NCBI RefSeq assembly: GCF_001598795.1
Contig: NZ_BCZP01000017.1
Span: 106,217-138,216, forward strand
Reading direction: 5' to 3'
Length of the DNA stretch: 32,000 nt
Source: Delftia acidovorans NBRC 14950
Lineage (GTDB): Bacteria > Pseudomonadota > Gammaproteobacteria > Burkholderiales > Burkholderiaceae_C
Shown piece by piece: positions 1-8,604 of this stretch (position 1 is its first letter; each line of letters begins with the position of its first letter). Made by a program: the position numbers and the translations under genes. The notes under the pieces are model-generated. The model did not search any database, was not told the origin of the DNA, and saw only the letters and a program-made list of their open reading frames with translations.

Positions 1-163
1 GCTTGGCGCGCACCACCTCCGTGTTGCCGGCAGCGGCCAGCTCCATGTCGAGGCCGGAGCCCACGCTGCCCATGAGCATGCCGCTGGTGCTGTCCACCAG
101 GGCCGCGCACAGGGCGCCATCGATGCCCAGCAGGCCGTTCAGAGAATCATGTATCGAAGCCAT
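1..163 (-). CDS. Roadblock/LC7 (MglB/CvnB-like) domain protein, 5' part only; gene runs off the left edge of the window
   Basis: Minus-strand ATG at 163-161 with purine-rich AAGGTGG just upstream. Translation MASIHDSLNGLLGIDGALCAALVDSTSGMLMGSVGSGLDMELAAAGNTEVVRAK shows the N-terminal Roadblock pattern (L..L..I.G...A.LVD..G..L.S.G). Absent from the ORF track because fewer than 60 aa are visible. Confidence 0.6.
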   Translation of the reverse strand, partial: MASIHDSLNGLLGIDGALCAALVDSTSGMLMGSVGSGLDMELAAAGNTEVVRAK

Positions 164-261
164 ATGCCACCTTTTCAAATAGCAAGGGCAGGCTGTGCGA
201 TGGACCACCGCGCCCGCTCCTCGGGGGAAGAAAACCAAACTTCTGCAGCGGATGCCGCGGA

Positions 262-663
262 TCAGGAACGGGACAGTTCGGAGGCCACTTCGCCCGCCGC
301 CCACAGCGCGCGGCCCAGCAGGGCGCTTTGATCGACCACCATGCACAGGATGGCCGGCTGGTTGCCGGCCACGGCCTGAAAGAGGACGGTGCCCAGCTCG
401 GTCTCGAAGGTCAGCCGCCGGCAGGACTTGTGGCCTATCTCGGTGGCCACGGCCCTGGCCATGGCCATGAGCGAGCCCGCCATGGCCGACAGGCGCTCCG
501 TCGGCAGTTCGCTCCTGACCCGCAGGGAGGTGATCTCGAAGCCGTCAGGCGTGCACAGCAAGGCGATGTGCACGCCCTCCAGGGGCGCCACCACGCGGTG
601 GAGCACATCGCTGCCAGCTTCGATCAGAGAGGGAGGAATCCGGGGAAGCGTTGGTGTCTTCAT
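262..663 (-). CDS. Roadblock/LC7 (MglB/CvnB-like) domain protein
   Basis: ORF track 262..663 (-), 133 aa. The start ATG overlaps the stop of the upstream GTPase gene (ATGA at 660-663). VVAPLEGVHIALLCTPDGFEITS ... ERLSAMAGSLMAMARAV is the typical Roadblock/LC7 pattern. Confidence 0.75.
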   Translation of the reverse strand: MKTPTLPRIPPSLIEAGSDVLHRVVAPLEGVHIALLCTPDGFEITSLRVRSELPTERLSAMAGSLMAMARAVATEIGHKSCRRLTFETELGTVLFQAVAGNQPAILCMVVDQSALLGRALWAAGEVASELSRS

Positions 664-1223
664 ACCTGACTTTGCAAGGAAAGCAAGGAAACGAGCACCC
701 CCAGCGCATCCAGCAACTGCTGCCGGTCACGGGGGTCCGCCTGGATGACAGGCACTATACCGTGACCTCTGTCCGCCAAGGCGCTGCTGAATGCTTCCTG
801 CTGTTGCTCGCTGGCATCACGGCAACTGACCACCACTACCAGGGGCCCGGATTCCAGAGAGGCGATCTCGGCCAGGCACTGCGCCGCGTAGTCCGGTGCG
901 CGGGCGTCGCAGACATCCACCATCAGCAGCACGCCCACCGAGGCATTGAGCACCCAGCGGCGCACGAAGTCGAAGCGTTCCTGCCCCGGGCTGCCCACCA
1001 GCTGCAGCCGCTCTCCACCGCCCAGGTCGATCTCGCCGAACTCGGCACCCACCGTGGTGAATTCCTTGGAATGGGAGGCCAGGTCCAGATTGGGCACATC
1101 CGCCGCCGCCATCAACGCGCCGCACAGGCTGCGCAGGGCCGTGGTCTTGCCTATGCCCATGGGGCCCACCAGGCTCACCCGTACCAACCCGGCAGCAGGC
1201 TGCGCGTTCATCCACAGGCTCAT
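660..1223 (-). CDS. Small Ras-like GTPase (MglA/CvnD-type ATP/GTP-binding protein)
   Basis: In-frame ATG at 1223 inside ORF 660..1781 (MSLWMNAQPAAGLVRVSLVGPMGIGKTT...), 187 aa. Motifs: G1/P-loop GPMGIGKT, switch-I-like TTVGAEFG, G3-like VGSPGQERF. ATGA overlaps occur at both ends (1220-1223 and 660-663). The upstream part of the 373-aa ORF is an out-of-frame overlap with gene 1220..1966. Confidence 0.8.
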   Translation of the reverse strand: MSLWMNAQPAAGLVRVSLVGPMGIGKTTALRSLCGALMAAADVPNLDLASHSKEFTTVGAEFGEIDLGGGERLQLVGSPGQERFDFVRRWVLNASVGVLLMVDVCDARAPDYAAQCLAEIASLESGPLVVVVSCRDASEQQQEAFSSALADRGHGIVPVIQADPRDRQQLLDALGVLVSLLSLQSQV

Positions 1224-1966
1224 GCCACTCCTCCGCGCCGGATCCAGCCGGCCAGCTTCTGCACCCACTGGCGCGGCAGGCCGGCCACCGCGTCGGGCGC
1301 CTGTGCGCGGCTGCGGCGCAGCGGCGGGAGATCGTTTTCGCGCGCGGGCCGCAGGCTGCACTCCAGCAGGCTGCGCAGCCGGGGATGGCGCAGCAGTTCG
1401 GCCACGGCGCGGGCCTGCATGCCGCTGTGCTCGCACAACAGGGCCACCTCCATGGGGCCACGGCACAGCATGGCCAGGGCACGCAGGCATTCGGAGTTGT
1501 TCCACGGCGCGGGCAGCGCCACCCAGGCCTTGAGCTGGAAGCGGTAGCGGCAGTCCACGCCCTGCTGCTGCAGATCGTCCAGCGCCTGCGCCAGCGTATG
1601 CGACGTCGCCACCTGCTGGCGCACCGTCCAGTCCATGAGGAAGACGGCCGCCCGGTCCAGCATGTCGATCAGGTCGGACAGCGTGAAATTCATGTCCAGA
1701 TAGGTGGCCAGGCGCTGCTGCGTGCGCTCCAGGTGCTGTCCCTGGGGCACTCCACCCACGTAGACCACGCAGGGCATCCACCCTGCGGCCTCGGGCGCGG
1801 GCATGTTGCCATCTACGACCAGCACCTGGGCGCTGACCAGGGGCACCTGCCGCCAGCCGCGCAGCGACTTGCGGGACGCCACGGCGAACAATGCCTCAAA
1901 ACGCTGCTTGAGCAGAGGAGACCACAGCTCGGCAGCCAGGCCGATCTCGTCTGTAGTGCGAGCCAT
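1220..1966 (-). CDS. Uncharacterised protein, first gene of the GTPase operon; possible C-terminal DUF742/CvnC-like winged helix
   Basis: ORF track 1220..1975 (-). ATG at 1966 (MARTTDEIG...) has GAGGTG 6 nt upstream; GTG at 1975 is the alternative start. I recognise no family for the N-terminal ~170 aa. The segment ECLRALAMLCRGPMEVALLCEHSGMQARAVAELLRHP resembles the wHTH end of DUF742 proteins (pattern recognition only). Confidence 0.6.
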   Translation of the reverse strand: MARTTDEIGLAAELWSPLLKQRFEALFAVASRKSLRGWRQVPLVSAQVLVVDGNMPAPEAAGWMPCVVYVGGVPQGQHLERTQQRLATYLDMNFTLSDLIDMLDRAAVFLMDWTVRQQVATSHTLAQALDDLQQQGVDCRYRFQLKAWVALPAPWNNSECLRALAMLCRGPMEVALLCEHSGMQARAVAELLRHPRLRSLLECSLRPARENDLPPLRRSRAQAPDAVAGLPRQWVQKLAGWIRRGGVA

Positions 1967-2059
1967 CTTTGACACCTCACCGGATAGGAACTGAAATGGA
2001 CAAACCAGATTCGCCCGTGACAGAACATCGGCGAAGACTGATATTTTGGATAGTTTTTA

Positions 2060-2084
2060 CACATTACTCACTTGATTTAATGTG
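2060..2084. promoter_or_regulatory. Inverted repeat CACATTA-N11-TAATGTG in the AT-rich divergent promoter region between the GTPase operon and rep
   Basis: Perfect 7-bp arms at 2060-2066 and 2078-2084. They lie inside the only AT-rich stretch (about 1985-2110) of the 281-bp divergent intergenic region. Confidence 0.25.
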
Positions 2085-2247
2085 AACTTTTCTATTTAGA
2101 CCAACGCCGCCACAGTGCGGACCAGAGTGGCCGCGAGATTTGTCGCCGAATTCCAAGGGTGCTTACACCTGGCCTGATGGCCACGATCCCCGAAGCGGTA
2201 TGCTCCCGCTTCCCTCACTTTCACGCCTTTCCCCGCGCAACGCACCC

Positions 2248-4317
2248 ATGTCCGCAGGACTCAATCTGGCCCAGCTCCAGGCCGTCCACTACACCGAAGG
2301 CCCCTGCCTGGTCCTGGCCGGCGCGGGCTCGGGCAAGACACGCGTGATCACGCACAAGATCGGGCGCCTGATCGAGATGGGCATGGCGCCGCGCCGCATC
2401 GCGGCCATCACCTTCACCAACAAGGCCGCAGCCGAAATGCGCGAGCGCGCGGCCGGCCTCATCGGCCGCCAGGCCAAGGACGTGCTGGTGTGCACCTTCC
2501 ACGCCCTGGGCGTGCGCATGGTGCGCGAGGACGGCCATGTGCTGGGCCTCAAGCCCCAGTTCAGCATCCTGGACGCCGACGACGTGACGGGCATCCTCAA
2601 GGACTGCTCGGGCGGCACCACCGACCTGGCCACGGCGCGCCAGTGGCAGTGGACCATCAGCAACTGGAAGAATGCCGGCTGGGACAGCCGCAAGGCCCTG
2701 GCCATGGCCCAGGACGACAACGAGCGCAGCACGGCGCTGATCATGCAGCGCTACGAAGAGCGCCTGACCGCCTACCAGAGCGTGGATTTCGACGACCTGA
2801 TCGGCATGCCCATGCGCCTGCTCAAGAACCACATCGAGGTGCGCGAGAAATGGCAGCGCCTGCTGGGCCATGTGCTGGTGGACGAATACCAGGACACCAA
2901 CGCCACGCAGTACGAGCTGCTCAAGATGCTGGTGGGCAGCCGCGCCCACTTCACCGCCGTGGGCGACGACGACCAGAGCATCTACGGCTGGCGCGGCGCC
3001 ACGCTGGACAACCTCAAGAAGCTGCCGGTGGAGTTCCCGCAGCTCAAGGTGATCAAGCTGGAGCAGAACTACCGCTCCACCTCGGCCATCCTGCGCGCGG
3101 CCAACAACGTCATCCAGCCCAACCCCAAGCTCTATCCGAAGACGCTGTTCTCGGAGCTGGGCGAGGGCGAGCCCGTGCGCATCGTGGACTGCGACACCGA
3201 GGAGCACGAGGCCGAGCGCGCCGTCGCCCGCATCCAGAGCCTGCGCGCGGCCAGCAACCCGCCGCCGGACTGGAAGGATTTCGCCATCCTCTACCGCGCC
3301 AATCACCAGGCCAAGCCCTTCGAGAAGGCCTTGCGCAAGGCCAGCATTCCCTACAAGGTCTCGGGCGGCACCAGCTTCTTCGACCGCGCCGAGATCAAGG
3401 ACCTGTGTGCCTGGTTCCGGCTGTGGATCAACAACGACGACGACCCCGCCTTCCTGCGCGCCATCGGCACGCCCAGGCGCGGCATAGGCCACACCACGCT
3501 GGGCAAGCTGGGCGAGTTTTCCTCGCAGCACAAGCTCAGCATGTTCGGCGCCCTGTTCGCGCACATGCTGGAAGCGGCCCTGCCCAAGAAGGCGCATGAC
3601 AGCCTGCTGGAGTTCGGCCGCTACATCAACGACCTCGAATACCGCGCCCGCCACACGCTGGGCGCCGAGCAGTCGCGCGGCTTCATGCTCGACTGGCTCA
3701 AGGAGATCGGCTACGAGCAGTACCTCTACGACAGCGAGGACAGCGAATCGGTCGCCGCCGCGCGCTGGAGCAACGTGCTGGAGTTCTGCGACTGGATGTC
3801 CCAGCGCGCCGGCGGCCAGATCGAGGATGCGGCGGGCACGACCACGCACACCGAGGTCAAGAGCCTGCTGGAAGTGGCGCGCAACATCGCCCTGCTGTCC
3901 ACCATCAGCGAGCGCGAGAAGGAGCAGGACATGGTCATCCTGTCCACCCTGCATGCCTCCAAGGGCCTGGAATGGCCGCATGTGATGCTGGTGGGCGTGA
4001 CCGAGGGCATGCTGCCCTTCAAGCTCGACGACGACAACGGCCGCCAGCAGAAGGTCAGCGACGAAACCGCCCAGCGCCTGCAGGAAGAGCGCCGCCTCAT
4101 GTACGTGGGCATCACGCGCGCCCGGCGCTCGCTGGCCGTGAGCTGGACCAAGCGCCGCAAGAAGGGGCGCGAGATGGTCTCCACCCTGCCCAGCCGCTTC
4201 ATCAAGGAAATGGGCCTGGACGCCGCCACCTCGCGCGAGGACCCGCGCGAGAAGCTGCGCCAGCTGCGCGCCGAGTTCGCCCTCAAGGCGCAGCAGTCCA
4301 CGCCCGCCGACTCCTGA
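2248..4317 (+). CDS. rep: ATP-dependent DNA helicase Rep (SF1)
   Basis: ORF 2140..4317. The conserved N-terminus begins at in-frame ATG 2248 (MSAGLNLAQLQAVHYTEGPCLVLAGAGSGKTRVITHKIGRLI). SF1 motifs present: AGAGSGKT, TFTNKAA, VDEYQDTN, GDDDQSIYGWRGA, STLHASKGLEW, YVGITRAR. The VITHKI signature favours Rep over UvrD. Confidence 0.9.
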   Translation: MSAGLNLAQLQAVHYTEGPCLVLAGAGSGKTRVITHKIGRLIEMGMAPRRIAAITFTNKAAAEMRERAAGLIGRQAKDVLVCTFHALGVRMVREDGHVLGLKPQFSILDADDVTGILKDCSGGTTDLATARQWQWTISNWKNAGWDSRKALAMAQDDNERSTALIMQRYEERLTAYQSVDFDDLIGMPMRLLKNHIEVREKWQRLLGHVLVDEYQDTNATQYELLKMLVGSRAHFTAVGDDDQSIYGWRGATLDNLKKLPVEFPQLKVIKLEQNYRSTSAILRAANNVIQPNPKLYPKTLFSELGEGEPVRIVDCDTEEHEAERAVARIQSLRAASNPPPDWKDFAILYRANHQAKPFEKALRKASIPYKVSGGTSFFDRAEIKDLCAWFRLWINNDDDPAFLRAIGTPRRGIGHTTLGKLGEFSSQHKLSMFGALFAHMLEAALPKKAHDSLLEFGRYINDLEYRARHTLGAEQSRGFMLDWLKEIGYEQYLYDSEDSESVAAARWSNVLEFCDWMSQRAGGQIEDAAGTTTHTEVKSLLEVARNIALLSTISEREKEQDMVILSTLHASKGLEWPHVMLVGVTEGMLPFKLDDDNGRQQKVSDETAQRLQEERRLMYVGITRARRSLAVSWTKRRKKGREMVSTLPSRFIKEMGLDAATSREDPREKLRQLRAEFALKAQQSTPADS

Positions 4318-4334
4318 CTCCAGAAAGACACCGC

Positions 4335-4823
4335 ATGCGTTTTTACCGCCCCGTTCTCAGCCTGGCGCTGGTGGCCGTGACCACCGCCTGCTCCAGCACG
4401 GACCTGCAGACCGCCACCCGGCCCACCCTCCAGGCCGCGCCCAAGGCCGCCCGCGCTGCCGCCGCTCTGCCACACGCCCCATGCCCCGGCGACGAGGAGA
4501 TGAAGGACAGCCAGTTGCAGGGTGAATGGACGGGAACCGTCGAAGGCCAGTCCCAGCCCGTGCGCCTGCAGCTGGGGCCGCACCCCCAGTGGAAGGGCAA
4601 CGTCAAGGGCACGATCGCGCGCGGCGCAGACACCCGCCCCATGGTCGGCGACGTGGCCGATGACCACATCACGCTGGAAGAAAGCGCCGACGGCAAGCGC
4701 ATCACCGCCACCTGGCTGGGCGATGTCGTCGAAGGCAGCTGCGCCCGCGAGATCCGCGGCAACTTCATCGAAGGCGACGATGCGGCGCCCCGGCCCTTCG
4801 TGCTGCGCAAGCTCGCGCCGTGA
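4335..4823 (+). CDS. Putative lipoprotein, no family recognised
   Basis: In-frame ATG 4335 within ORF 3972..4823, 162 aa. MRFYRPVLSLALVAVTTAC/SSTD is a signal peptide ending in a lipobox-like TTAC. The gene starts 17 nt after the rep stop. Confidence 0.6.
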   Translation: MRFYRPVLSLALVAVTTACSSTDLQTATRPTLQAAPKAARAAAALPHAPCPGDEEMKDSQLQGEWTGTVEGQSQPVRLQLGPHPQWKGNVKGTIARGADTRPMVGDVADDHITLEESADGKRITATWLGDVVEGSCAREIRGNFIEGDDAAPRPFVLRKLAP

Positions 4824-4911
4824 CCGGCCCCCGAGCCTGCACACGAGCCCCCTGCTCCCTCTCCACTTATTACCCCTTACTCTTCGCTCCTTCCATCACC
4901 GGACTCAAGCC

Positions 4912-6132
4912 ATGACGACTCCTACACACCTGGATCGCCGCAAGCGCCCAAGCCGCACGCCGACACCCCTGCAGTGGGCCCTGGCCATGGGACTGGGCGC
5001 CACGCCCTGGCTCGGCGCCCAGGCGCAGACCGCGCCCCGCCCCCTGTCCGAGGACGCCTGGCGCCAGTGCGCCGCCACCACGGACAACCAGTCTCGCCTG
5101 GCCTGCTTCGACACCTGGGCACAGCAGCAGCAGCCGCTGACCGCGCCGCCGGCCACCGGCTGGAGTGCTCCGGCCGCCAGCGCTGCAGCCGATCCTGGCG
5201 CCCTGCCCACGCCCGCCCCCGTGGTGACGGCCGACAGCGGCCAGGGCCTGGCGCTGCCCACCACCCCCACCAACGGCGGCTGCCGCGACCCGCGCTACAG
5301 CGAGCTGTCGCGCTACTTCGAGCTGGAACCGGGCAGCGACTGCGGCACCTTCAGCTTCCGCGGCTACCGGCCCATGTCCGTGTCCGTGGTGACGGCCGAC
5401 CATGTCAACCGGCAGCCCACCACGCCCGGCAAGGACCCTGCGCAGTCGCAGCCCTACAAGACCGAGGAAATGCGCGTGCAGCTGTCCGTGCGCACCAAGG
5501 TCGCCCAGGGCCTGCTGACCAGCAGCACCTCGGCGGGCAAGGACTCGCTGTGGGTCGGCTACACCCAGCAGTCGTACTGGCAGCTGTTCAGCCCGGCCAT
5601 CTCGCGGCCCTTCCGCAACACGGACCACGAGCCCGAGATCTTCTACGTCTACCCCACCGATGCCCGGCTGCCCTTCGGCTGGCGCTGGCGCTACAGCGGC
5701 GTGGGCCTGGTACACCAGTCCAACGGCCAGAGCGATCCGCTGTCGCGCAGCTGGAACCGCTGGTATCTGATGACCGGCTTCGAGCTGGACAACCGCTGGC
5801 AGCTGCACGCCAAGGCCTGGCAGCGCATCCGCGAAAGCGCCGAGCACGACGACAACCCGCGCATCCAGGACTACATAGGCCGGGGCGAGGTGAAACTGGG
5901 CTGGAACGTCAATGCGCAGAACTATCTGGGCTTCACTGCGCGCGGCTCGCTGGGCCAGGGCCGCGGCTCCGGCCGCGTCGAATGGCTGCGCACCCTAGGC
6001 GAAGGATGGAACGGTGGCAAGAGCAATTTGCGCCTGCATGTCCAGCTTTTCAGCGGATACGGTGACAGCCTGATCGATTACAACTACAAGCGCACCGTGC
6101 TCAGCGTGGGTTTCAGTCTTCTGGACTTCTAG
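4912..6132 (+). CDS. pldA: Outer-membrane phospholipase A (OMPLA) with a long low-complexity N-terminal extension
   Basis: ORF 4522..6132; start taken at ATG 4912 (signal-like MTTPTHLDRRKRPSRTPTPLQWALAMGLGATPWLGAQA). The C-terminal ~270 aa match E. coli PldA by eye. This includes the catalytic block GLVHQSNGQSDPLSRSWNRWY (E. coli YNHDSNGRSDPTSRSWNRLY) and the tail SGYGDSLIDYNYKRTVLSVGFSLLDF. Confidence 0.9.
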   Translation: MTTPTHLDRRKRPSRTPTPLQWALAMGLGATPWLGAQAQTAPRPLSEDAWRQCAATTDNQSRLACFDTWAQQQQPLTAPPATGWSAPAASAAADPGALPTPAPVVTADSGQGLALPTTPTNGGCRDPRYSELSRYFELEPGSDCGTFSFRGYRPMSVSVVTADHVNRQPTTPGKDPAQSQPYKTEEMRVQLSVRTKVAQGLLTSSTSAGKDSLWVGYTQQSYWQLFSPAISRPFRNTDHEPEIFYVYPTDARLPFGWRWRYSGVGLVHQSNGQSDPLSRSWNRWYLMTGFELDNRWQLHAKAWQRIRESAEHDDNPRIQDYIGRGEVKLGWNVNAQNYLGFTARGSLGQGRGSGRVEWLRTLGEGWNGGKSNLRLHVQLFSGYGDSLIDYNYKRTVLSVGFSLLDF

Positions 6133-6300
6133 AAGACCGGCCCTCGCGGGGCACGCTTTGCCGCTTGCCCTTCGCGGGGAAGCCCCGTCCCGCTGGCTGC
6201 ATTGCCAGCGGCCGGGGCCATGCGTCAGAATGCGCCGATGCCCCGGGCCTTTTCAGGCAGGCCCGGAAACCCGCCCCAGAACGAACCGCGGAGGTCCGCC

Positions 6301-6753
6301 ATGGATTTGCAATACCAGCTCAAGGCCGGCAGTTACTGCCTGTACGACATGCGCGAGACGCCCAGTGCCATCACGGGCGAGCGCCGCTGCCGGCTCAGGA
6401 CCGAGCTGGTGGCCATTGCCTTCGACCTGGTCACGGGCCAGGTCCATGAGCATGGCTCGCCCACGCGCATCCATGCATGGGCCCTGTGCACGCGCAGGCG
6501 GCTGCGCGCGGCCGGCGACTGGGACCAGGCCGACAGCATCGTCGTGGTCTCCGGGCCCCTGCCGGTGGATGAGATCAACAAATGCCTGGGCATACGCGGC
6601 TACTGCCGCCGCATGTTCCAGCGCCTGGCCAGCCTGCCGCACGGCAAGCTGCAACCCCACGCGCATGCGCACGCTCATGGTGCCTACGGGGCTTACGGCG
6701 CCCATGCAGGCCGGAACCAGTCCCATCAGGGCCAGCAACGGCGGGCCGCCTGA
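6301..6753 (+). CDS. Hypothetical protein with His/Ala/Gly/Tyr repeat tail
   Basis: ATG 6301 within ORF 6202..6753, with GGAGG 6 nt upstream; 150 aa. Codon third positions are GC-rich like neighbouring genes. C-terminus: PHAHAHAHGAYGAYGAHAGRNQSHQGQQ. No family recognised. Confidence 0.55.
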   Translation: MDLQYQLKAGSYCLYDMRETPSAITGERRCRLRTELVAIAFDLVTGQVHEHGSPTRIHAWALCTRRRLRAAGDWDQADSIVVVSGPLPVDEINKCLGIRGYCRRMFQRLASLPHGKLQPHAHAHAHGAYGAYGAHAGRNQSHQGQQRRAA

Positions 6754-6780
6754 AAGCCAGCGGCGCGCGCCCGGCACCCC

Positions 6781-7251
6781 TCACTCGGGACCCAGGTCCT
6801 CTTCCCCTTCTTCATCGTGCGGCTCGGCATGCTTGACGATGGTCACAGGCAGCCGGCTGTTGCGTGCCACCTCGCGCGAGACCGAGCCGATCAGCACGCG
6901 CCGCAGGCCGCCCTGGCCCAGTGCGCCAATGATGATCTGCTCGCAGCCCGTGCTCTCGGCAATGTCGGCCAGCGCGGCGGCGGGCTCGCCCAGGCCGATC
7001 TCCACCTCGTAGGAAATGCCGGCCGCCCGCACCAGGGCCACGGCCGGCGCCACCAGGTGCATGCCGGCGTCCACGCTGGCGGCGGCGATCATGTCCGAGT
7101 CCTGCGTGGCCAGCTCGAACAGCGAGGCTTCCTGCTGCACATGGGCCAGCACGAAATGCGCCTGCAGGCCCTGGCGCACCAGGGAGATGGCGTGGTGCAC
7201 GGCATCCAGCGAGGGCTCGGACCCATCGACGGCAATCATGATCTTCAGCAT
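6781..7251 (-). CDS. Universal stress protein (UspA family)
   Basis: ATG 7251 inside ORF 6781..8457 (-), with AAGGAGG upstream; 156 aa. MLKIMIAVDGSEPSLDAV... and the C-terminal IIIGALGQGGLRRVLIGSVSREVARNSRLPVTIV match the USP ATP-binding G-2x-G-9x-G(S/T) motif. Confidence 0.85.
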   Translation of the reverse strand: MLKIMIAVDGSEPSLDAVHHAISLVRQGLQAHFVLAHVQQEASLFELATQDSDMIAAASVDAGMHLVAPAVALVRAAGISYEVEIGLGEPAAALADIAESTGCEQIIIGALGQGGLRRVLIGSVSREVARNSRLPVTIVKHAEPHDEEGEEDLGPE

Positions 7252-7314
7252 GCGGACCTCCTTTTTTGTAGCTGGCGAATCGCAACCACCCCAGTGTAGA
7301 CGCGGGCCGGCTAA

Positions 7315-8559
<1,245 letters not shown>

Positions 8560-8604
8560 CGCCCCGCAGCCGATCGTTCAGGTCACTCAGGTGGCCAGGG
8601 TCGC

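Noticed and set aside
1224-1781. Upstream extension of the GTPase ORF (660..1781, 373 aa)
   Set aside because: The extension is Ala/Arg/Gly/Pro-rich and overlaps gene 1220..1966 in another frame. The GTPase fold starts right after ATG 1223, which forms an ATGA coupling overlap.
2221-3981. 586-aa minus-strand ORF antisense to rep
   Set aside because: Its composition is Ala/Gly/Arg/Leu-rich and low-complexity with no recognisable motif. It mirrors the well-supported rep frame exactly. This is the typical shadow ORF of GC-rich DNA.
4522-4911. N-terminal extension of the pldA ORF overlapping the lipoprotein gene
   Set aside because: It is out of frame with the better-supported lipoprotein CDS 4335..4823. 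A signal-peptide-like start exists at ATG 4912.
6655-6715. CAC/GCG/CAT-type repeat as a non-coding microsatellite
   Set aside because: It lies in frame inside CDS 6301..6753 and encodes the HAHAHAH/GAYGAYGA tail. It is reported as a protein feature instead.
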